NCBI GenBank assembly: GCA_965637545.1
Contig: OZ281500.1
Span: 8,742,001 to 8,806,000, forward strand
Direction: 5' to 3'
DNA length: 64,000 bases
DNA from: Phallusia mammillata
Taxonomy: Eukaryota
This document shows, in pieces, positions 12,989-22,341 of the stretch. The notes under the pieces are model-generated. The model was given only the letters and a program-made list of their open reading frames with translations. It was not told the DNA's origin and ran no database searches. Both the position numbers and the translations under genes were made by a program. Position 1 is the stretch's first letter; the number at the start of each line of letters is the position of its first letter.

Positions 12989-14005
12989 CTTCTTGGAACT
13001 ACTAGCTACTAGCAGTCGGTCGCTGCGTAAACCACACAGTTATGAATTATGACAAAACAAAGTGCATTATTAACCCAAATGTATATATTACACCTTACGC
13101 AAGGTTCACTTGAGCACGATAATAGATAATTTGTGCTCTGGCCAATTTTGATTAAAAATCCGTAGAAATGGAAACACTGATAAAAATGATAAATTGTCTG
13201 GATGGTGTAATGGTCAAATTTTCAAAAAAAATTTGCATCTGGCCGAAAGGGCAGAGTGAACCCACCTTGACCCCCCCTAACCGAAAACCTGCGGACGCCC
13301 TTGCATGAGTGTACAGTATCACTGTATTAACGGTCTGGTTCCGGATTAAAAATTGATCCTTCTGACAATTTTCGGTTTGAGCTCATGATAAAACAGAGAA
13401 AAAATGAAAAACAAATCGTTGAGTAAATAAACGTGGTCATGCTAAGAGGTTTTACGGCTTTGCAGAGAGTTATGTAAACGCCGTTCCGTGCTTGTGTCAC
13501 AACAAAACTAACAGATCTTGTTTGTTCTATGCACGATCTAGCCGTTTTTTGTAATAAACTATACTGCATACTGTACCTTATACTGTATATACTGTAATAA
13601 ATTACAATCGTACAACACAACGTGGCATTACAGTACATTGTCACGTCACAAGGCTATTTTTACAACCAACCCTCGGTATTATGCCACCCTCGGTACTACG
13701 TCACTTTCCTTCGGTCCCAAATGGTGGCATAGTATCGAAGTTTGACTTATGCACTGGCGACAGTGACGTAAATAAAAACTCAAATTATTTTGATTTTCAA
13801 ACTGCTCTAAACACATTTCGTGGAACTTAAAAGAGTATTACCAGTCTAGTAGCCATATGCGCCAGATTGATTTATGTCTATTGTGTGCAAACAATGCGAA
13901 AAAGCAGATACCACAAACGTTAGAATATAGATTATGACGTCATAAAAGATCAGACTGTCAATCTGTGTGTCAAGTTTTTTTAAGGCGCCATTAGATGGTA
14001 TATAT

Positions 14006-14334
14006 CAGTGGTTCCCAACCTTTCGTGGACCATGGCCCCCTTAAAGTATCTTTTTGGCCTCGTGGCCCCCTTCAAGTTACCATGTAGGACCTGTGGCCCC
14101 CTTAAAATGTAGATAGCAATCTCGTGTTGGAATGCGGTATTAATTTTGGCCTTAAACAGGTCTAATAGAGTAAATGAGTGTGATAAACCTCACTGTAAAC
14201 AAATAGTATGTGAAATAGTCGATTAAATTCGGGAATAAAGTTAAAGTGAAAATGACTTTTAATGGGTGTTACTTGTGAATCTACGCCCATGGCCCCCCGG
14301 AACACAGCTCGTGGCCCCTGGTTGGGAACCGCTG
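14006..14334. mobile_element. hAT MITE
   Basis: TIR cagtggttcccaacc / ggttgggaaccgctg. TSD gtatatat at 13998-14005 and 14335-14342. Internal tggcccc repeats. Confidence 0.92.
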
Positions 14335-14558
14335 GTATATATATACATATATAATATAAGTATTTCTTTACATCAGTAATTTTTAAACCTAAGCAAGCAG
14401 GCAATTGGCGGCCGTTTGTGAAATAAAGATATGTGATGCGGCTGTCATAGCGAAAAGGTTGTGCACCCCTGGGCTATTCCAATCAAGGGGTCGCGTAGGA
14501 ATTTCTGTTTTAAAATGGGGTCGCAAAGCAAGAAAGTTTGAGTAGCCCTGCACTAAAG

Positions 14559-15087
14559 CAGGGGTGGGGAACCTTTTTGTTTATAAAGGCCACCAAACGG
14601 TTTGTTGACACTCGTTTAGGCCGCATAGACTATTTCCCAAGCCAAGGACAGTGGTGTTCAATCTTTTTGACTTACAGAATGGTCGTTTGCTATTCCCTCG
14701 TAGAGTTGTAGGACTTGCGGTCCAAGCTGAATACAATTCCTCTGGCTTGTTTGCAAATATCGATGATCTAAGGCCAGCTTGTGACATCACAGACGTGTTT
14801 AAGACATTCGATTATGCGCCAACAATTGTTCTATTGCAAGACAAGTAAGATTGTAGAACCTACGGAAATCGCTTCGTGCACCACAACGGGACCATTTGGC
14901 CGCAGCCCTATAGAACTAATCAAATAGTAATGTGGAATTAATGTCAAAAAATACGTTTCTGTATATTTTTCAGCGCCTGGTGCAGTTTGTAATATCAACA
15001 TCGTAATATTTATTCTGACGTCGAGGGCCGCACGTAGTGCCCTAAAAGGCCGCATGCGGCCTTTAGGCCGCAGGTTCCCCACCCCTG
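14559..15087. mobile_element. hAT MITE
   Basis: Perfect 16-bp TIR caggggtggggaacct / aggttccccacccctg. TSD cactaaag at 14551-14558 and 15088-15095. Confidence 0.95.
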
Positions 15088-15679
15088 CACTAAAGGGTTG
15101 AATTATAACAAAGGGGTTAACGTTTGCAGAGGAAAAATATGCAAGCCAGAAGTCAACGAATTTCGACCCACTGGCCAGATTTGGCCTTGAATAAACCGTT
15201 GAATGTCAACTTACTACAATAGTATTCCCGCAAAAACGTGAAAGATTAATTTCACAAGTCGCATGAAACGTTTAACTCATTTAACTATTGTTGATGAGCA
15301 TGTAGATCAGAAGATAAACTATAGTTTATCAGCGAAACCCCGCCGCACCTATAGGTCAACTTGTAGCTATAACAAAACACATCTAGTTCACAATTTAGCT
15401 TCTTTATTTCTGACAAATTAACCCGAGAAACAGTAGCCTCCTTGGGTTATGTATAAAATAGGTAAAGCGTTGTTGTTAAACATTAACTGCGTGCTACCGA
15501 AAACCGTGTCACAAGGTCATTAAACGGTCGTTCGGTTAGTGCACGGCGAGAGGGTATTCGTTTTGCGATACGAAGTTCAGTGAAGAACAATTTGTTATAC
15601 TGTTGATGTATTGTATAGTGACTTCTTAATTCGCCATTGTCTGTTATACAGTTTGGTTTTCTACGACAAGTTTTAACTG

Positions 15680-16287
15680 TTTTCACACTGACCTCGGATA
15701 ACAATAAGGTCAAAGCTAAACATTTTTTACCGTTCTTTTTACTAAATATATAACAACACAAAGATGTAAAAAGTATATGGACAAAACCTTTTAAAGCTTG
15801 GGTGGACGCTTTCTACTAATTTATCCTCAATAATCTAAAAATAATCGCGACATTTTTACACCGAATTAGCATATATACGTGTGGGGGGACCCATTTGTGT
15901 TTGCTTGCAAAAAACATCATATTATAAGTAGGTCAAATAGTGTACATAGTAAGTCAATAGGTAGTATAAATAACATGTAAATTAGCAATATGTAGGAAAG
16001 CTGCTCTTATAGTTTCATTTCATTCCTTACTTTTGATCAAAATGTTTTTCGAAACCTGAAAAGGTTGTTGCCAATTTGCGTGCACACGTGTTTGAGGACC
16101 ATTCGTTTTTGCTTGCAGAAACATTTGTGTTGTCTAATGCGGGATAAATGTGGGGACCGAATTAAATTTATGTTACGAATATGTATTCCATATTTGTAAG
16201 CAAATGGTGTTGTATTGTATGTGACTATGTGTGGTACGCATTATGTAAGATGTAGAACATATAAATTGCACATATGTAGAAAAGTAT
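15680..16287. repeat. Dispersed repeat, copy 1 (possibly Helentron/HINE-like); its end is split by the Penelope insertion
   Basis: Shares blocks with 25800-26348: tgacct...aaggtcaaa, ggacaaaac(c)ttttaaag, taatctaaaa, and two or three tgtggggaccca...gcttgca(a/g)aaac motifs. The Helentron label rests only on motif resemblance. Confidence 0.6.
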
Positions 16288-16327
16288 CAACAAAATTTTC
16301 AGCTCTTCCGGCAGTTTTTTATTCTAC

Positions 16328-16379
16328 TGTGCCAACGTTTCGATGTCCCATACGAAACACCTTCATCAGGGTAATGACA
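16328..16379 (-). ncRNA. Hammerhead ribozyme motif in inverted pLTR (antisense copy)
   Basis: Exact reverse complement of 16529-16580. Confidence 0.7.
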
Positions 16380-16528
16380 TACATTGCAAACACAAGTTAT
16401 TATAAAGCGAAAAGGGCGGCGAAACACACACAAAAAAGGCGGTAGAAAAAACGCAATAAACGCAAAAAACGCACCAATGGTCGTTTCGCCGCCCTTTTCG
16501 CTTTATAATAACTTGTGTTTGCAATGTA

Positions 16529-16580
16529 TGTCATTACCCTGATGAAGGTGTTTCGTATGGGACATCGAAACGTTGGCACA
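16529..16580 (+). ncRNA. Minimal type I hammerhead ribozyme motif in pLTR (sense copy 1)
   Basis: CUGAUGA (16539-16545), an extra A, stem II GGUGU/ACAUC, GAAA, palindromic ACGU stem III, then GUU as the cleavage triplet. Flanking UGUC..CC / GGCA can form stem I. Confidence 0.75.
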
Positions 16581-16627
16581 GTAGAATAAAAAACTGCCGG
16601 AAGAGCTGAAAATTTTGTTGATACGTT

Positions 16628-19015
16628 ATGCCTGGCAGCAACAGTGTATTCATTGAATTCAAAGGTCTGTACGGACCCAACGTCCTTTCCCAACTGCGGA
16701 AATACGTTGATTTAAGACATACGATTGTGAGACACAAGATGCACCTTTTTTTTCAACCATAGGTGCCTTAGGGACAATGTGTTGCCTCGGTCGCTTCGGT
16801 TCAAATCGCCTCATAATTCGGCAGCAGGTAAAAAGATAATGTGGAAGTGTGGAATGGCGTTTATTAGGCTGCGTATAGGCCTTTCCCACAAGCGAATCAA
16901 AGAATCAACCGCACAGTCCGAAGAGCTATTTCTCAGATTGGCGGCTATTCTTTCGCATCATGACTTGCGTCGTTTTGAGAGGTACGTCACTGCGGGTGAT
17001 GAGTTCCTTCGGCGTCAGCTATTAAACAACAACGAACGACATCTCAATTCGATGGCGCCAAAGATGAAGGAAGCTGTAAATGCAACCGAAAAAAGGAATT
17101 GGGTCATCAACCTGTCGCATTATCAGCCCAATGATGTGGAACTAAAGGTTTTACAACTTGGAACGAACTTCGCAACGGCACCAAGAGCAGTTCCTGAGGG
17201 GAGTATGTTAGCATGTGTGGAGAAGGGAATTTATTCGCTGCCGATGCACGTCAAGACATTGATACAGAGCAAGCTTGTTAACTGCCTGAAGAGTCACAAG
17301 AGCATTCCTTGCAACCTTACAGCAGCCGATCAGCGTGCAATTAAAAGTCTCAAAGCTAATGAAGACATCACCATTCTACCGGCAGATAAGGGTAACAGTA
17401 CTGTTATTCTAGACCGCAAGGAGTATGACGACAAGATTTATAAGCTTTTGCGCGATTCTGATACTTACAGGAAATTGCCACGTGACCCGACCCGAAAAAC
17501 GGAGCAAGTTCTCAACAAGTTTGTTTCTATCTTGCATAAAGAACGGAAATGCATTTCGGATGCAATGTTTCATCAGTTGCACAGCACCGATGGTTCTGCC
17601 CCACGGCTGTACGGACTGCCAAAAGTCCATAAAACAGATGTACCCCTTCGGCCAATCGTGTCTTTTGTTGGAAGCCCGACTTACAACCTCGCGAAATACC
17701 TGGCTCGTCTATTGGCGCCCTTGGTGGGTAACACAGAATACACGTTAAAGAATTCTGAGGAGTTTGTTAAAGCAGTCACAACACAACGGCCACTGGATGA
17801 AGACGAAACGTTGGTTTCGTTTGACGTAGTCTCGTTGTTTACCAACGTACCAATTGACCTGGCACTGGAAATCGCTAAGTCAAGACTGCTGGAGGACTAC
17901 AGCCGTAAGGATATAGAACCAAGTGGTCATACGAGGACATTCATCTTGGACTAGAGATTTGTTTGCAGCAGACTTACTGCACATTTAGAGGCCAGTTTTA
18001 CAAACAAGTGTATGGCACGGCCATGGGCTCTCCAGTGTCGGTGGTGGTTGCCAATATGGTTATGGAGTCGGTGGAAGAACGCGCTCTCCAAACGGATACC
18101 ACACCACCACGATTCTGGCAAAGATATGTGGATGACACGTTCTGCATCATCAATATTAGCCAGGTTACAGCGTTTCTAGATCACTTAAACAACGTGCAAC
18201 AAGGGATCGCATTTACCATGGAATTGCAACGTAACAACCGGCTTCCTTTTCTGGATGTGGAGGTATTACTGGCAACAGACGGGAGACTTTCCACGCAAGT
18301 GTACCACAAACCAACGAGCACCAGGCGCTACTTGCATTTCACGTCTCACCATCCTCTGCACCACAAGAGAGCTGTGGTGAAAGCGCTAACAGATCAGGCC
18401 CGAAGGTTGACCACAGAACCCGGAATGCTCCAAACCGAATTACGAAGGGTGCACCAGGCCCTGTGGTTAAATGGCTACCCGAACTGGATCCTCCGTGACC
18501 GAAAAACCACGGGTGCTCGGAAAAAGGTTCAGTCCAAAGAGCGTGCTTTTGTTACCTTGCCATACATTCCTAGGTTAACAGACATAATACGTCGCATGTT
18601 AATCGACTTTGGGATCTCGGTAGGGATTAAACCAGTCAACACCCTACGTCAGATGTTGTCGCACCCCAAAGACCCCATTGATACAAACGCGGCCAGGGGT
18701 GTGGTGTACGCGATCCCATGTCAACAGTGCAAGGAGATTTACATTGGCGAAACGGGAAGATCTCTGAATACGCGCCGTAAAGAACATGAAAGGGATGTAG
18801 CCAAGAAAGATGCTAAAAAATCGGCATTAGCGCAACATGCTACTGTCCTCGGTCACACCATAAACTTCTCTGCTGCCCAGGTGTTAGCGAGAGAAACCGA
18901 TTTTCACAAGCGAGGTTTCCTGGAGTCGTGGAACATACATTCTCACACCAACACGATGAACGTTAAAACGGACGTTCTAATGCCGATAACTTATCGGTCG
19001 CTTTTGCACCATTGA
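16628..19015 (+). pseudogene. PLE reverse transcriptase-GIY-YIG endonuclease ORF, interrupted by two frameshifts
   Basis: RT motifs SFDVVSLFTNVP, QVYGTAMGSPVS and YVDD. GIY-YIG motif GVVYAIPCQQCKEIYIGETGRSLNTRRKEH. An upstream frame from ATG 16628 (MPGSNSVF...HL) joins FNHRCLRDNVLPRSLR across the T-run at 16746-16753. A second shift near 17912 joins KD to RTKWSYEDIHLGLEICLQQTY. Confidence 0.93.
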
Positions 19016-19135
19016 GCCAGGTGTTATCACACGACCATTGGTGCGTTTTTTGCGTTTATTGCGTTTTTTCTACCGCCTTTTTTGTGTGTGTTTCGCCGCC
19101 CTTTTCGCTTTATAATAACTTGTGTTTGCAATGTA

Positions 19136-19187
19136 TGTCATTACCCTGATGAAGGTGTTTCGTATGGGACATCGAAACGTTGGCACA
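19136..19187 (+). ncRNA. Minimal type I hammerhead ribozyme motif in pLTR (sense copy 2)
   Basis: Identical to 16529-16580. Confidence 0.75.
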
Positions 19188-19732
19188 GTAGAATAAAAAA
19201 CTGCCGGAAGAGCTGAAAATTTTGTTGATACGTTATGCCTGGCAGCAACAGTGTATTCGTAGAAAAGTATGTTTCTAATTGATCATGGTAGTTGGTCTCA
19301 GCCATCACAGTAAACCAGGCCTGTTGAAGGCGTTATACATAACAGACAAAAATATTTTTCTTATTGTAGTAACAGTCTCAATAAACGACTTACTGTCAAA
19401 CGACCAAATACTTTTTATACATTTTAGCTTGTTACATTTTAATTGTAAGTTTAGTAATGTACCTCTGCATTTGTCTGATATTACTTCGTACTGACTTGAC
19501 GTTGCAATGTTCAACTGAATTCAGAAAAGGGAATGGAACCACCTAGTAAACAAAATGCAGAATTGCTCTAATCTAGCAATCCTAATGGGCTAATTCTACC
19601 ACATAAAAACCCACCCAACAGGCGACTGTGAATTGATGAATACAAGCAATCTACACCTTCTTACGCTAACCGAGAGTAAAACAAACAAACGACAACTGCA
19701 ACGCTTCAAATACGCATATTAATAGCCTACAG

Positions 19733-20512
19733 CAGTGGTTCTCAAACTGTGCGTCGCGACGCCCTGGTGCGTCGTTTCAATTTCCAAGGGCGTCGCAGAA
19801 TATTTCCGTTTCGTGGCTGAACTCAGTTTATCTCATAAAAATGAGGTTTCAGTGCGGTTGACGTATATCTGCGTCCAAATACTTTTTGCGTATAGAGTGC
19901 GGATTGACGTAAATTTACCTTTTTTTTGATCAAAAATGCGGCTGTCCGTTAATTTACGTCGAGACCAAACAGTACAAGCAGCAAGTTAGGCGCGTGTCTG
20001 GGGCGACGCTTCGCGGGCATTAAACTTAAATATGTGAACGGAGTCTTGCTTCATAACAATGTAACAAAGGCGACTTTTCTAGCAAAGGCTTGAGGTAGTT
20101 ATAACGTACAATTGTTAGCTAAAGTTTTAAGTGATTATTGTGCATGAGCTGCAGCAGTAAATTTTTGTGCATCAGTTTATATTGTGCGTAAGTTGAAACA
20201 TTACTTTCATTGTAATTCGTTATTGATGCTTTTGAGGCCTTGCAGCAGACAAGACAATGCAATTCTGCGCAATAATTGAAACAATTACCAAAAGCCCGCA
20301 CGTTATTGCAGGGTGCACTGAAAGTGTTGAGTGCAGTTTTACAACTTTGTCGAAAAACAGTTAGGCTAAAATTGTTCTCTAAGTGCTGTTTAATAGATTT
20401 AAATGAACTGTTTATTGATAAGTTTCCTCATTAACTTTTATTTGCTGGTGCGTCGCAAGTCCAGAAAACTTTTCTAGAGGCGTCGCAACCAAAAAAAGTT
20501 TGAGAACCACTG
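19733..20512. mobile_element. hAT MITE
   Basis: TIR cagtggttctcaaact / agtttgagaaccactg. TSD gcctacag at 19725-19732 and 20513-20520. Subterminal gcgtcgc repeats. Confidence 0.95.
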
Positions 20513-20695
20513 GCCTACAGAGTTTCAACAATCTTACTTTACTGCGGCAAAGAAAATGTTTTTTTTTATTGTTTGCGGTGCGTCGATTTTTCGACTGTGG
20601 CAGATCATAACTCGTACGTAGGATTCTTCTTTATTTTCGCGCAAAAATATGATGTTTGTGTGGTTAGTGAAGAAATAGGTAGGGTAGAACTACTA

Positions 20696-21788
20696 GGTAG
20701 CAGAGTTGGGCATGGATCCGGATACCGGATCGTGATCCGGCAGAATCTTCGTTTTTTGACGGATACCGGATCGGATCCGGATGCTACTTTACAGCTGCCG
20801 AATCAGGATCCGGATTATCCAATCCAGTTTTTTGCACAACATACTCAGGGAAAATAATATAATATTTGTGAATTTTTGTTGTATAAAATATTATTCTTCC
20901 CCCCCTGCATACTAAGTGCATACTGCATATAGGCCTAGTGCACAAAATATCAGGAAGGATTACATTTTTGTCAAGAAGGCTGAAATTGTATGGGGCAAGT
21001 ATTCAAGTAACCGTCGACGGCAATATAAATAGAAACTTGAATTGAACATATTTGCTGTGTGTCGTGTGCAGTTGTGCACCCTTAAAACTCATAAGGTTAT
21101 GAGTGTGTCCTGTGTTTTTGTGTTGTTGTAAAATCTGGTTATCACATGACATAGTAGGCCTACCGTAAACAGTAACGTGCAACAAGGGAGTAAGGGACGC
21201 GTTATACGCCCTTATAGAAGGTGAAAATTTGATGACTAAGAAGTTGCATACTTCAATGGAGGTTATATTTCTTTTATGTTGTGAGATGTTAATATTTCTT
21301 TGTTGTTTCAGGCTAGATGTTACATTTAGATAATTTTTGTATTGAACTAAACAGTTCTAATAAAATTAGAAAATTTTCGGATATTTTTCGGATCGGATCT
21401 TATTGTTGCTCGAAAATTTTGGATCAGGATCGGAGCGGAAAATCACAATTCAGGATCGGATTTCGGATCTCAAATTTCCCGATCCGCCCACCTCTGCTAG
21501 GTAGAGCTACTAACACCATACGTTTCGCCTGATCCAAAAGTGCTTAATTTTCGATAGGTGGCGTAAAGAGCTGAATTATTTATTTAGCGGCTATAAATGG
21601 GTTGGGAAATATTTACATAAAACTTTTACATTAGTAACTAATTTTTGGGGTTAGTTTTATTGAATTTTAAGTGTTAATTCCTTACCCCAACCCTAATAGC
21701 CCTAACCGTTAGCATTTTTTGAGTTATACCGTTTTGAAAATTAAACACTTTTGGATCAGGCGAAACGTATGGTGTTAGTAGCTCTACC
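20696..21788. mobile_element. MULE-like MITE X (9-bp TSD, ~45-bp TIRs)
   Basis: TIR ggtagagctactaacaccatacgtttcgcctgatccaaaagtg with its reverse complement ending at 21788. TSD gaactacta at 20687-20695 and 21789-21797. Confidence 0.85.
20701..21496. mobile_element. hAT (Ac-type target) MITE inserted in the tip of element X
   Basis: TIR cagagttgggc / gcccacctctg. TSD ctaggtag at 20693-20700 and 21497-21504. Dense ggatc/gatcc subterminal repeats. Confidence 0.92.
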
Positions 21789-22341
21789 GAACTACTAACA
21801 CTGAGCTTCATCCCGGTCTGAGAACTTCTGGTAGGTGGCGCAACGGAGCATAGGCGTTTATGGTGCTGTTACAGCAGTTTGGGTTTATGGTAAGAATAAT
21901 TGCTGAGTCAGCAGCATAAACGCCTATGCTCTGTTGCGCCACCTACCAGAAGTTCTCAGCCCGGGCCAAAGCTGAAGCTCAGTGTTAGTAGTTCTACCAT
22001 AGATTACTTATGATACCATATTCTACCGAAGAAATACTACAATCGGATGCTGGGAAGGTAAGTGTCGGAGTATCGGCTATCGGCGGCATCGGGCAACAAT
22101 AGGTTCCCGTTTTCGTTCAAGGTGTTTTAAAATGGAAAACTATACCTCTGCTTTATATTAGAATATTTTCAACCATTGACATCAAACGAACACAAATACT
22201 AACTGGAATCAGCGGGTCTTCTAAAAGCTGAACGTATCAATAAAAAGTTAAAAACCATTACCATTTGTTGCAAAAATAGTTGAGGTTTTGTATGTTTTCA
22301 TGCAGATTTAATTTAAACACAATTGCGGTGGTTAAATTGCT

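Larger units (their letters stand above)
11219..13303. mobile_element. hAT-like MITE (8-bp TSD) carrying nested insertions
   Basis: Perfect 14-bp TIR caagggcgtccgca / tgcggacgcccttg. TSD catgagag (11211-11218) / catgagtg (13304-13311). Confidence 0.85.
11096..13747. mobile_element. Tc1/mariner(pogo)-type MITE carrying nested insertions
   Basis: TIR cagtcaaacttcgatactatgccacc (11096-11121) and its reverse complement ggtggcatagtatcgaagtttgact ending at 13747. Both ends are flanked by TA, and subterminal atgccaccctcg repeats are present. Confidence 0.85.
10981..14550. mobile_element. Non-autonomous hAT element (outer shell of nested cluster)
   Basis: TIRs cagggcttctgaaac / gtttgagtagccctg (13/15 match). 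8-bp TSD cactaaag at 10973-10980 and 14551-14558. Confidence 0.8.
16288..19258 (+). mobile_element. Penelope-like retroelement (Poseidon-like, GIY-YIG-containing) with inverted 5' pLTR, partial tandem pLTR and 3' pLTR
   Basis: 16284-16484 is the reverse complement of the 3' pLTR region, and 16483-16651 directly repeats 19090-19258. TSD gtagaaaagtat at 16276-16287 and 19259-19270. No poly(A) tail. RT and GIY-YIG coding regions lie inside. Confidence 0.96.
20683..21998. mobile_element. Foldback/MULE-like element Y (long TIRs), with its left TIR interrupted by element X
   Basis: After removing the insertions, the left end ggtagaactactaacactgagcttc...gagaacttctggtaggtggcgcaac.gagcataggcgtttatg is mirrored by the right end cataaacgcctatgctc.gttgcgccacctaccagaagttctc...gaagctcagtgttagtagttctacc. 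Its own TSD is unclear. Confidence 0.8.

Noticed and set aside
16215-16889. ORFs with mirrored peptide (VSTKFSALPAVF...) on both strands
   Set aside because: Artefact of the inverted pLTR palindrome.
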